A stretch of DNA of 63,854 nt, filler included, from an uncultured bacterium (GTDB lineage: Bacteria; Hinthialibacterota; Hinthialibacteria; Hinthialibacterales; Hinthialibacteraceae): NCBI GenBank assembly GCA_964449065.1. It is 4 parts of 4 records of this genome, joined end to end, with 100 filler letters (N's around TTAATTAATTAA, not from the genome) between each part and the next. Parts side by side here need not be neighbours in the genome. Positions count along the whole stretch, not along the records: positions 33,418 to 49,828 come from CAYVAZ010000085.1; positions 49,929 to 63,854 come from CAYVAZ010000123.1; 2 more parts are not named here. One strand, written 5' to 3'. Under the pieces are notes generated by a model, which searched no databases, was not told where the DNA came from, and saw nothing but the letters and a program-made list of their open reading frames with translations. Both the position numbers and the translations under genes were made by a program. This document shows, piece by piece, positions 47,075 through 57,400 of this stretch; position 1 is the stretch's first letter; every line of letters starts with the position of its first letter.

Positions 47075-47821
47075 TTATTCTTCGATGAAGTTGTATTTTT
47101 CGTTGAGTTGATCCGTCACCCGGGCATAGATCACGCACAAGATGACAAACAAAATCAGCAGAAATTGCGCGGTATACCAATAATGAAACGGAAATCCGGC
47201 GAACCGGAAATCGGTTAAGAAACTTTGGTTATGCACCAAATACAATTCCATAATTCCGGGAAGTTCAGAACTCAGTTCAGAGCCGCTGACCGGTACAAGT
47301 GAATAGGGCAGCATGTCAATTCGAAGTAGGTCAAACCCGCTATTCTGCAAGCCGATTGCCTCCACAGCTTGATTCACAGCTTGATTTATTCCCGATCCAT
47401 TGTTTAGATTGGATAAAAACGCTTCCCGCTCCGTTTCCGGTATCAATTGCACCGTGGTTTTGGTTAGAGTATCTTGGAGAACCTCTTTGTGCTCCGGTTT
47501 GAGGGCAACATTTTTTCCAAGAACGGAAAGTGTGATCCGGGCAAGTTGCTGTTGTTGGGTTTGATTCGCTGTTCCTTCATTCACACTGCTCCAAAGCGAT
47601 TGAAACGATGTGTAGGCGGGTTCCGGGGTGGGCTGATTAAAAGCGATCAGCACAAATTGGAACCCAAACACAGCCACCGCCCATACCAAGACAAGAGAGA
47701 TGATCAGTTTCATATCGGCCACTGAATGTTCGGTTTGCGGACGAAAGAAATTGACATCCCGGCTTACAGGCTGTGCCTCTTCAGAGACAGGATTTCCATG
47801 ATCCAATGGGGTTTCAGACAT
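47075..47821 (-). CDS. Extended DUF4212 small subunit of the SSS transporter
   Basis: LIISLVLVWAVAVFG...FAGFPFHYWYTAQ...YARVTDQLNEKY; SD GGAGG. Confidence 0.8.
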   Translation of the reverse strand: MSETPLDHGNPVSEEAQPVSRDVNFFRPQTEHSVADMKLIISLVLVWAVAVFGFQFVLIAFNQPTPEPAYTSFQSLWSSVNEGTANQTQQQQLARITLSVLGKNVALKPEHKEVLQDTLTKTTVQLIPETEREAFLSNLNNGSGINQAVNQAVEAIGLQNSGFDLLRIDMLPYSLVPVSGSELSSELPGIMELYLVHNQSFLTDFRFAGFPFHYWYTAQFLLILFVILCVIYARVTDQLNEKYNFIEE

Positions 47822-48320
47822 CGAATTACCTCCCAAAATATAAAATATAGTCGCTATATATAGTCGCTACATATACAGCATCACAAACAAAACAGTATGA
47901 GCATAACCGATTCGGGGCGAACCGTATACGTCACCGAACCTTGAACGCGGATGCTGTCCCTGTCATCTTAATTTCGGTATGCCGTCTCCCAATACGGCAA
48001 TTCCCATTCAAGCATTGATGTGTCGCGTACGAAATGGATGGTGTCGCCAAGAGCCTGTTATCCATGTCTCCGAACTCTACACCGAAACAAGAGAAGGGAA
48101 AACACGGGATACCGCTTCCCCAACCTTAAAACCCGCTCAGAGCCGCCCATCCGTCAATGGAAAGAGTCTAGAAAGTTCCGATTGTCGCGCCTTCTTGAAC
48201 CATAAAAACCCGGGCAAGATTTCGGCAGACAAGGGCAGAGTACAAAAAAGTGATTTGAATTGTGTACAAGTTTCCATCCGGCGAAGGGCTAAGAACGATT
48301 TCGGTCCCGGCTGGACTGGG

Positions 48321-49343
48321 TTAGCCGATCATTTGGTCTTCACCGCCGCGGTTAATCATGATTTCTCCGCTTTCTTCGAGGCGGCGGATGATGGCGACAA
48401 TTTTTTGCTGCTCCTCTTCGACCTGCTTAATCCGCACCGGACCCATAAATTCCATTTCTTCGCGGATACCGTCGGCTGCACGGCTGGAGAGGTTGTTGAG
48501 GATTTTGGTTTTGACTTCTTCGTTTGCCCCTTTGAGCGCGACACCCAGCGACTTGAAGTCCACTTCTTTCAGCACGATTTGGATGGCGCGGTCATCCAAC
48601 ATAATCACATCATCAAAGGTAAACATGAGTTTCTTAATTTCAACCGCCAGTTCCTGGTTCTCTTCTTCGAGCGTTTCGAGAATGGATTTTTCGGTGGCGC
48701 GGTCAACTCGGTTGAGGAGTTCGGCGAGCGCTTCAATCCCCCCGGCAATAGAAAACTCTTGCGAAAGGATGGTTGCGATCTTGCGCTCTAAAACACGCTC
48801 CACTTCGGATATGATTTCCGGCGAGGTTTGTTCCATGAGCGCGATGCGCAACGCGACCTCGGTCTGCATTTCGGGCGGCAGGGCGCTCATGATGACGGCG
48901 GACTGATCGTAATCCAAGTGCGCAAGGATTAAGGCGACGGTTTGGGGATGCTCGCTTTGGATAAAGTTCAGCAGGTGGTTGGGATCGACCTTTTTGAGAA
49001 AGTCGAACGGCGTTCCTTGGAGCATTCCTTGCAAGCGTTCGATAATTTCCATCGCCTTGCCGGGACCGAGCGCCTTTTCGAGAATGTCGCGCGCGGTGTT
49101 GATCCCGCCCGCAGAGATGTATTGCTGGGCCATAGCGGTGTGGTAAAATTCTTCGATGACCTGGTTCACCATTTCCTGCGGGACGTTACCGAGGTTTGCC
49201 ACTTCGAGAGTAATTTGTTCGATTTCTTCATCGGTGAGACATCGGTAAATATCCGCAGCGATATCAGGCCCCAAAGTAATCATGAGGATGGCTGCTTTTT
49301 TGCGTCCAGTAAGTTTGGCTTTATCTTTGGCACCGCGTACCAT
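48321..49343 (-). CDS. fliG: Flagellar motor switch protein FliG
   Basis: KKAAILM, EHPQTVALILAHL, MFTFDD, EEMEFMGPVR. Confidence 0.96.
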   Translation of the reverse strand: MVRGAKDKAKLTGRKKAAILMITLGPDIAADIYRCLTDEEIEQITLEVANLGNVPQEMVNQVIEEFYHTAMAQQYISAGGINTARDILEKALGPGKAMEIIERLQGMLQGTPFDFLKKVDPNHLLNFIQSEHPQTVALILAHLDYDQSAVIMSALPPEMQTEVALRIALMEQTSPEIISEVERVLERKIATILSQEFSIAGGIEALAELLNRVDRATEKSILETLEEENQELAVEIKKLMFTFDDVIMLDDRAIQIVLKEVDFKSLGVALKGANEEVKTKILNNLSSRAADGIREEMEFMGPVRIKQVEEEQQKIVAIIRRLEESGEIMINRGGEDQMIG

Positions 49344-49599
49344 GATTCGGTCTCAACTCTTATTCGATTGGCATACTGGACATTTTTTAAATGTCCATTT
49401 GGTAGTTAGAAAATGACAACTTTTCCGAAAACAAGTGCTTGTCATTATGGTAATTTTTTTGTTTAGCAACTGTCAAAATACCTACTTAATGTGGTTGACC
49501 TAAGTCTTTTGTTGCAGCGGAATCTTTGTCTTCAATAGTACGTATCTTTTTTTGAATTTTTCTATATCTAATCAATAAACAGTATACTCCGTCTTCGTA

Positions 49600-49626
49600 T
49601 TATCGGCAAAAGGCTAAAAAAAGTCA
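49600..49626 (-). promoter_or_regulatory. Possible sigma28 (FliA) promoter upstream of fliG
   Basis: Perfect -10 GCCGATAA; weak -35 TGAC at 15-bp spacing. Confidence 0.4.
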
Positions 49627-49685
49627 CCCCTTTTTGTCTTTATCTGCTAAATTATGGGAAAGAAATAAAATGAGAGAAATTAGGC

Positions 49686-49713
49686 TTGCGCGTCGATAAG
49701 AATGATTTATAAT
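49686..49713 (+). promoter_or_regulatory. Sigma70 promoter for the tRNA
   Basis: TTGCGC-16 bp-TATAAT. Confidence 0.55.
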
Positions 49714-49745
49714 TCTTTACTTTAAAGAACATAGCCCATGAATAT

Positions 49746-49818
49746 GCTGGAGTAGCTCAGTTGGTAGAGCAACTGATTTGTAATCAGTCGGTCGAGAGTT
49801 CGAGTCTCTTCTCCAGCT
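49746..49818 (+). tRNA. tRNA-Thr(TGT), CCA not encoded
   Basis: Acceptor stem GCTGGAG/CTCCAGC, D-arm, anticodon stem ACTGA/TCAGT with loop TTTGTAA, T-loop GTTCGAGTC. Confidence 0.97.
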
Positions 49819-49828
49819 TCTTTATTTC

Positions 49829-49928
49829 NNNNNNNNNNNNNNNNNNNNNNNNNNNNNNNNNNNNNNNNNNNNTTAATTAATTAANNNNNNNNNNNNNNNN
49901 NNNNNNNNNNNNNNNNNNNNNNNNNNNN
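49829..49928. other. Artificial contig linker
   Basis: N-TTAATTAATTAA-N. Confidence 0.95.
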
Positions 49929-50013
49929 ACTGCGTTTGACTGAGAATAGTTGGCTCACAACAAAAACCATTTTTCAAGCAATCTTCAATCATGGATTGCG
50001 TAACATCAGTGAA

Positions 50014-51420
50014 TTATTTGTAGTTTTTAAGGGGGAGATCGTATTCGCGTACTTTGCGGTAGAGGGTGGTTTGGCTTACGTGCAGTTTGGATGCGGCTTG
50101 GGAAACATGGCCTTTGGTGGCGCGCAGGGCTCGTTCGATGGCTCGTTTTTCCATCACATCCAAGGGGATAATATCGGCATCTTTCGGTTCTTCACCGGAT
50201 GCCTGAGTGGTATGAATGGGGTGAGAATCCGGAAAAAATTCGGAAACAGTTCCATTGATACGTATGGAATCGGGAAGCATATCCGGCTGTAGTTCGATGC
50301 CGTTGTTTAAGATGACGGATTGTTGAATGACATTCTGTAGTTCGCGGATGTTGCCGTTCCATTTGTGATTGATCAGGCACTCATTGGTGAAGGGGGAGAT
50401 GGTTTCAAAGTTTTTATTGTTTTTGACCGCGTATTGCTGCAAGAAAAACTCGGCCAGCATGGGAATGTCTTGCGTTCTCTCGCGCAATGCGGGCAATTGT
50501 ATATTGACTACGTTTAAGCGGTAGTACAAATCTTCCCGCAAGGTATTGGATTTCAAGGCGCTCAACGGGTCGCGGTTGGTGGCGGAGATGACCCGGACAT
50601 CCACTTGCAGTTTATCGGAACCGCCAACGCGGTAGAAGGATTGTTCCTGCAAAAAGCGCAAGAGTTTCGCTTGCAGGTCGATATTCATTTCACTGATTTC
50701 ATCCAAAAAGAGGGTGGATTGATCCGCTTGTTCGCAGCGGCCCTTGAACATCTTGTTGGCGCCGGTGAAGGCGTGCCGTTCATGGCCGAAGAGTTCGCTT
50801 TCCAGCAAATCTTTGGGAATGGCCGCGCAGTTTAGATCGATTAATTCTTTTTCTTTGCGGGGGGATAACTCGTGGATCGCGCGGGCGACCAGTTCTTTGC
50901 CGGTGCCGCTTTCACCGGTGATCATAACGCTGGCGTTGGTGGGGGCTACGTTTTCGACCATTTGATAAACGATCTGCATGGCAGGGCTACTGCCGATGAT
51001 GCCGCAGAAGTTTGTGCGGCTGACACGGTTTAAGTTCGCCAGTTGCTGTTTGAGGCGGTAACTTTCCAACGCGTTTTTGACGGACACATTCAACCGGTTA
51101 ATATCAATGGGTTTAGAGCAAAAATCATAGGCGCCTTTTTTCATGGCGTTTACGGCCACTTCAATGCTGGATTGCGCGGTGATCATGATGATGGGAAGAT
51201 TGGGGGAATTGTGATGAATTTCGCAAATGATTTCAATGCCATCGCCATCGGGTAATAGAATATCCAAAATAATCAGATGAAATTCATCTTGCGCGAGAAC
51301 TTGTCTCATAGAGGAAGCGGAATCGGCTGTCGTAACGTTGTATCCGCTCTTCAGCAGATTCGATTCAATAATACGGCTAACCGTAATTTCATCGTCCACA
51401 AGCAGTATGTTTGGTTTCAT
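50014..51420 (-). CDS. Sigma54-dependent NtrC-family response regulator
   Basis: REC domain, GESGTGKE, ESELFGHERHAFTGA, Fis-type HTH. Confidence 0.95.
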   Translation of the reverse strand: MKPNILLVDDEITVSRIIESNLLKSGYNVTTADSASSMRQVLAQDEFHLIILDILLPDGDGIEIICEIHHNSPNLPIIMITAQSSIEVAVNAMKKGAYDFCSKPIDINRLNVSVKNALESYRLKQQLANLNRVSRTNFCGIIGSSPAMQIVYQMVENVAPTNASVMITGESGTGKELVARAIHELSPRKEKELIDLNCAAIPKDLLESELFGHERHAFTGANKMFKGRCEQADQSTLFLDEISEMNIDLQAKLLRFLQEQSFYRVGGSDKLQVDVRVISATNRDPLSALKSNTLREDLYYRLNVVNIQLPALRERTQDIPMLAEFFLQQYAVKNNKNFETISPFTNECLINHKWNGNIRELQNVIQQSVILNNGIELQPDMLPDSIRINGTVSEFFPDSHPIHTTQASGEEPKDADIIPLDVMEKRAIERALRATKGHVSQAASKLHVSQTTLYRKVREYDLPLKNYK

Positions 51421-51575
51421 ATTTAATACAATAAAATCTGTTAATTTTAAACTGCCCAGGCAATTCAGGCCTATATTAGCTTGAATCTATTCAATATAAA
51501 TCAGTCAAATTCGTCGAATCATTATAGCAAATGGCCACATAGTATGCAATCGGTGAATGATTTCCAGGTTTTGCT

Positions 51576-51974
51576 TTATGGATGGATGGAAATCCAAAGA
51601 TTGCGTGAGCGCGGTCCGTCATATTCGGCGAAGAAGATTTCTTCCCAGCGCCCCAGTTGCAGTCTTTGGTTTTCAACAAACACTTGTTGGCTGTTGCCCG
51701 TCATGATGGCTTTAATATGCGCTGCCGCGTTCCCTTCCATGTGGCGGTAGTTCGCGTTCCAAGGGAACACTTTGTCGAGCATCATTTCGACATCCCGCAT
51801 GACATCCGGGTCATAGCCTTCATTGATAAACACGGCCGCGGTGGTATGAGGGACATAGAGGGTACATACCCCGCTTTGCATATTCGCGGATTGAATCACG
51901 TCTTGCACCTGCCGGGATATGGGGACAAAATGCGTGCGGGAATCGGTTTGAATGGTGATTTTTTCTTGAAACAT
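51576..51974 (-). CDS. YjbQ/UPF0047 family protein
   Basis: PHTTA..INE, EGNAAAHIK, LGRWEEIFFAEYDGPR. Confidence 0.92.
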   Translation of the reverse strand: MFQEKITIQTDSRTHFVPISRQVQDVIQSANMQSGVCTLYVPHTTAAVFINEGYDPDVMRDVEMMLDKVFPWNANYRHMEGNAAAHIKAIMTGNSQQVFVENQRLQLGRWEEIFFAEYDGPRSRNLWISIHP

Positions 51975-52066
51975 GATATTCCGGTTTTCTACACTATATT
52001 GATCTAGATAACATCATCGTACCTGAAGATCAATCTTTTTAAATTGGTTCATCAATATTTCACGTT

Positions 52067-52477
52067 ATGCAACTTCGGAAAAACCGAGAAACCGCACGGG
52101 AAAATTGGGTGATAACGACCGCTGACAATCCCGAAAATGTCCTGTCTGCCATGCTTGCAAATGTAAGCGAATCGGTTCCATTTATTCAAGAAGAGAATTC
52201 GAAGATTACCTTCATGAGTATGGATATGCTGGATGAAGAAGGCATCGGTGAGATCATCACCCTGCAAGAAAGGGGCGTATTCAACAGCACACCGGTAATT
52301 TTGCTGACGGACGCAGCGGATTATGAATCGGTCATGGCCAGCCGTGATTTGGGCTTAAACGATTATTTGGTAAAACCGGCAATGAGTGAAAGGCTCATCC
52401 GTAAAATCGTTGAAGTGTTAACCTCACCAGCCAAAACCAAACCAATCAAAACCAAAGCAATTGCCAACAAAAAATGA
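52067..52477 (+). CDS. Degenerate receiver (pseudo-REC) domain protein
   Basis: TPVILLT...GLNDYLVKP present; no clear acidic pocket or phospho-Asp. Confidence 0.6.
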   Translation: MQLRKNRETARENWVITTADNPENVLSAMLANVSESVPFIQEENSKITFMSMDMLDEEGIGEIITLQERGVFNSTPVILLTDAADYESVMASRDLGLNDYLVKPAMSERLIRKIVEVLTSPAKTKPIKTKAIANKK

Positions 52478-52486
52478 AATCAAGCG

Positions 52487-53896
52487 TTAATGGTGGATGC
52501 CTTCCACTCTAGGCGGCTGCCAGGGGACTTTTTTATACCGCTCCAACTGGGCATCCAACGCGGATTTTAATTCTTGAAATTTCTGGGGATGGGATTTTGC
52601 CAGGTTGGTGGTTTCATAGGGGTCGCTTTTGAGGTTGTATAGTTCCAGCGCTTCATCCGGCATGGGGCGGAGAAGTTTCCATTCGCCGCGGCGAATGGCG
52701 TCGATCCGTTCGCCATTGAAATTGCCGCCTTCTTTGCGTCCCCAGAACAGATCGCGGGTTTCCTCTTTTTCTTCTTGATGCAGAAGGGTATGCAAAAAGC
52801 TTTTGCCTTCGATTTGGTGTTCAATCTTGACTCCAGCGGCTTCCAACACGGTCGGCATGATATCCATCGATAGCGCAATGGTGTTGGTGGTTGTTCCCGG
52901 CTGGATTTTGTTTTTCCAAGCGGCACACATCGGTACGCGGATGCCGCCTTCGTAGACGGTGCCCTTTCCATTGCGGTAGGGGCCGTTATAAGCATCGACG
53001 CGGAGCAGGCCGCCATTATCGCTGGCGAAAATGACTAACGTATTTTCATCCAATCCGGTTTTTTGGAGGGTTTGCATAACCGTGCCGATGCCGTGATCGA
53101 GATGTTCGATGAATGCGGCTAATTCCGCCCGTTTATTGTCAGCCAGAGGATTGCGTTTTTTGTATTGTTCCAGCCAATCTTTGGGAGGCTGTACCGGCGT
53201 ATGAGGAGCGTTGTAGGAGAGATAAAGGAAAAACGGTTGATCTTCGTTGGCCTCGTTTGCTTTTTGCAAGTAATCACAGGCCCATTGGGAGAATAAATCG
53301 GTGGCGTGGCCTTCGGGTTCAATCACTTCTTCGTTATGGCGCATGTAGTTTTCTCCATGGCGCAGGTGGGTGTAATAATCATCCATCATGTCGCCTAAAA
53401 AGCCGTGGAAGAAATCGAAACCGCGTTCATTGGGTTTGTTGGGTGACTGCAAGCCGAGATGCCATTTGCCGATAATCGCGGTGTGATAGCCGGCCGGTTT
53501 GAGGAACTCGGGCAAGAGTTTGCTGTCCGAAGTCAAATGACCCCATGAGTTATTGTAGTGTGTGCGGATCACCCCCGGCACGCCCACGAATTCTTGATAC
53601 CGTCCGGAAAGCAGGGCCGCGCGCGTGGGTGAACAAACCGGGCAGTTGGCATAGGCATTGGTGAATTTCATTCCGCTATGGCGGAGTTGGTCGATATGGG
53701 GAGTGTGCAAGTCATTCGCGCCATAGCAGTTCAGATCACCGAAACCGAGATCATCCACCAGAATCACCAAAATGTTTGGCTTTTTGATATTGCCTTCACC
53801 GGACCGGTGCGATGCGGTTAGGCCTGATGGGATACCGGATAAAGCCGCCGCGGTGACTGAGGATTGGATAAAATTTCTTCTGTTGAGTAATGTCAT
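52487..53896 (-). CDS. Arylsulfatase with Tat signal
   Basis: NRRNF, PNILVILVDDLG, CSPTR, GKWHLG. Confidence 0.92.
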   Translation of the reverse strand: MTLLNRRNFIQSSVTAAALSGIPSGLTASHRSGEGNIKKPNILVILVDDLGFGDLNCYGANDLHTPHIDQLRHSGMKFTNAYANCPVCSPTRAALLSGRYQEFVGVPGVIRTHYNNSWGHLTSDSKLLPEFLKPAGYHTAIIGKWHLGLQSPNKPNERGFDFFHGFLGDMMDDYYTHLRHGENYMRHNEEVIEPEGHATDLFSQWACDYLQKANEANEDQPFFLYLSYNAPHTPVQPPKDWLEQYKKRNPLADNKRAELAAFIEHLDHGIGTVMQTLQKTGLDENTLVIFASDNGGLLRVDAYNGPYRNGKGTVYEGGIRVPMCAAWKNKIQPGTTTNTIALSMDIMPTVLEAAGVKIEHQIEGKSFLHTLLHQEEKEETRDLFWGRKEGGNFNGERIDAIRRGEWKLLRPMPDEALELYNLKSDPYETTNLAKSHPQKFQELKSALDAQLERYKKVPWQPPRVEGIHH

Positions 53897-54113
53897 TTTT
53901 CACTCCCCCCTAGATTTCGATATAATGAAAGAAACAGTTTTGTAATTCTAGTAAGATTTTTGAATTTGTATAAGAGACTACGGATTGAATGGAATCTGTA
54001 GACTCCGTTTATCGGATTATCGGAAAACATCCATTTGGTTTTTCGAATCCAGTGGTTTTGTTTTTTCGTTTGTGCCATAATATAAAAAGTACAATCGTTT
54101 TAAAAGGATCATT

Positions 54114-54296
54114 ATGTATTTGGTTTGCAAAGAATGTATGAAGGTTTATGTGGAGGGAAAGTGGGTGAACGCTGTTCCGCCGATCGATCAAGTTCAATAC
54201 ACCGTTTGTGACCGTTGCGGCGGTTTAAGCGAAGGTTCATCCTCTCATGGAATGGTGTACATGGATAAGCAGCGGGAGCAAGCGAAAAAAAAGTAG
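54114..54296 (+). CDS. Small CxxC/CxxC zinc-ribbon protein
   Basis: CKEC...CDRC; SD AAGGA. Confidence 0.5.
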   Translation: MYLVCKECMKVYVEGKWVNAVPPIDQVQYTVCDRCGGLSEGSSSHGMVYMDKQREQAKKK

Positions 54297-54486
54297 GAAT
54301 ACAAGAATATAAAACCGCCCGTATTGAAATAACAAGCGCGGTTTTGATTTGATTTTTAGATTTTCATTCACGATATTTTTGACCAAAGATGGTTTTCTTT
54401 ATCGAAGGCATCAACCCCACCCTGCCTCTCTCCGGTCTTGGGGAGGGATTTTGAAGCATCCTTAAACGAAAATAAGATAATGAGGC

Positions 54487-57400
54487 CTAAAAGTTTGACT
54501 GAAACAATTCTCCGCTGAAGGATTCATCCGCTGAAAGTATTTGCAGTTCTACGTTATCCACCCAAATCGTGACCGTTTCGGAATCAGATATTGATGCCAC
54601 TTGAATGGCAGGGGTGACGATATCGTTTTGATCCGGTTCATAGATCAAGACCATATTGCGGTTGTTGAGTTGGGCCGCCAAAGCGTTTGCCGGCTGCTGC
54701 GTCGCGAGTGATCCGTCCACTTGTCCTGTACTGATATTTCCGCTCACTCCAACCAACGCGGGCGCTGCATTGCTTGAGTCCGCACGGATGGAAGCGCGGA
54801 TTAACACCGCTTCGCCGTTGGTTAAGAACGGTTCTAAGGCGTAGGCGAATGCCACCTGTCCCGGCGCAACAGTTATCTTTAATCCTCTTAGATCGTTTGA
54901 AGTTGGGATTGTCTCAGCGGGCAATGCAATGGTTTCAACCGTTCCGCTTTCCGCCCCGGTAAAGCCGCCCGGCAAGGTGCCCCAGCCGCTGGCTTCCAGT
55001 CCATCCCCATCAAATTCATACCGTTGAGTAAGTTGATTGGATGGACGCGGAGTGGGAATTGGTTTTTGGGTATCCTCCGGTGTAGGAGTGGGTTCATCCG
55101 GCATGGGTGTAGGCGTGGGCGCGAAGGGTGTCGGTGTGTTGGTTGGCTGTTGTGCCGGCGCGACACCCACACCATTCACATTCACTTCCAAACGGGGGCG
55201 GTCAACATCGGATGATAAGATGACGATGGTTGCCGGATTTTCGCCTTCCACGAGGGGATCGAATGTGACTTCAACCGATACTTCCTCTCCCGGAGAGATG
55301 AATTGATTGCGGGTATTTGAGGAATAGGCATCCGCAAATTCTCCTTCAACCGTTGTCCCTATCAATTCGACATCGGCATCGCCGGTGTTGGTCACTATAA
55401 ACTCATTTTGAACGGGAGTATCCAACTGGGTTGATGAAAAAGCCAATTCGTTTGGCGCGGATATTTCTCCGCGTTGCGGCGGGAATTCTCCCAGGCGAAA
55501 ACCGATGGGAAATGAAACGGGAGCGGAATCGGCAAAACGTGTACGGTCATTGGTTATCGTACTTAGTTTGTCTTCCGACAATTGAGACTGGAATAAGGCA
55601 TATTGATTAAATGTGCGGTCAAACCGGACATATAAGAACGCGTTATCATCTCCATTCCAGGTGGGGTGGCCTATATTTCCGATATTTTCACGCAAGGGAC
55701 CAGGATTGTTTTGCCGTAAATCGATGGAAACGATATTGTAAAAGAAGAACCCGGGTTGTTGTTCGGATTCCAGGATCCAATCGGCCAGCAAACTGTTGTC
55801 ACTGGTATTAGCAAACATTGGATTGCCGAATTGCTCTCCGGGTTTGTTCACCACAAGTTTTTGCACATTCAAGTCCGCAAGCCGGATGGAATACAATCCC
55901 CAGGTTTGAATGTTTTCGCCATCGGCCACCGGGATGGTGGTGCGTGCATCGAACACCAGGGTGTCTCCCCGAAAATTGAAGGTGAGCACATCCGGGAAAT
56001 CGACCGGCGCCAAACTGCCGTCGGAACGGGGGACTTCGATTTCCGCGACCCGCACTTCCCGGGCGGGGTCATCTGTTTCCAGGTCAATGAAGGTGATCAA
56101 GTTATCAAATTCATTGGTGGTAAACGCGATAAAACGCTGGTCTTTTGAGAGAGCCACCGTTCTGATATTGCCGTCATCGTCAATGACTGATTCGGTTAAG
56201 TCGGATTGAATCAATATGAGATTGTTGGATTCATCGACAAACAAAGCCCACGCTCCATCGCCGGAGAAGGCCGGCCGTGAATTGATGAGGAGGCGGTTGG
56301 TGACCAATGTGTTTTGCGAACCGTTGAAGACAAATAAATTGTAAAAGAAATCGTTGGTGTTTGGATTTTCTCCCAATTCCGGCCGGGCCAACAAGAAGGC
56401 GTGCAGGTTTTCGCCCGCGCCCAGTTCCCCATCGCTTGAAGTGGTATCATCAGGAATGGAGTCATCTGTGATGCCGACTGCATCGAAAGCGGATTGAACG
56501 GCCGCAAACGGTTGCGAGGTTTCTCCATGGATATCCCGGGCAGAAGACTCAAGCGCGCGGCGGTAATCGATTAATTGCGCACGAGGGGTTAAATAGACGG
56601 TAAGGGCGCGGTAAATGAGTTCTTCCGTTTGGTCTCTGCCGATGCCTTGCGGCCCCTCAGCCAAGAGAAAAGACATGCGGTTGGGAATGCCGGAATTGAT
56701 GTGAACACCGCCGAAATCGCCCTGGGGTGTGTTGGGGAGAAACCGAAACTCAGACATGTGGGTGGGTTGTCTGCTTAAAACGTTCGGATTATCGGGGTTT
56801 TCCATATCGCGCAGACCATCAAATCCGGGGGTCACGCCGTCGGCCAACAGCCACTCATCGCGGTCAATCATGGCGCCGAAAAAATCGGCGATGTGCTCAT
56901 TCAAAGCGCCGGACTGATTTTCATAAATGAGGCCGGCGGAAAAATCGATGACGCCATGCGTGAGTTCGTGGCCGGTGACATCCAGGCTTTTGGGGAATTC
57001 CGAAAAGGCCTGGTCTCCATCGCCGAATACCACCACTTGCTGCGAGAAGTTCCAGAACGCGTTATCGCTGGTGGTGTTCCCGGAAGGGTCGCGGAATCGT
57101 GCGTGGATAACTCCCAGTATATTGGAGCCCTGATCGTCGATCGATTGGCGGCCAAATGTCGTGCGGTAGTATTCTTCCACGATGCCAAAATTGAGCTGCA
57201 TACTGACAGCAAACGGGTCCCATGAATTGGGATCATTGGATTGCACAATTTCAATATTGGGATTGGTTTCGATAACTTGCTGTTCCGCATCCAGTACAAT
57301 GAGCGCGCCCTCTGTTTGGCGAATATTCGGGGGATTGGAACCGGGGTTGTATATCGGGCGGGAAGTATCGATCAGGTGGAAGGTCCCGTTGGATTGGTAA

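Noticed and set aside
47880..48320. Long intergenic region upstream of the DUF4212-SSS operon as a possible riboswitch
   Set aside because: No recognisable aptamer or convincing extended structure by eye
47979..48791. 270-aa plus-strand ORF
   Set aside because: Largely antisense to fliG, with no domain signal
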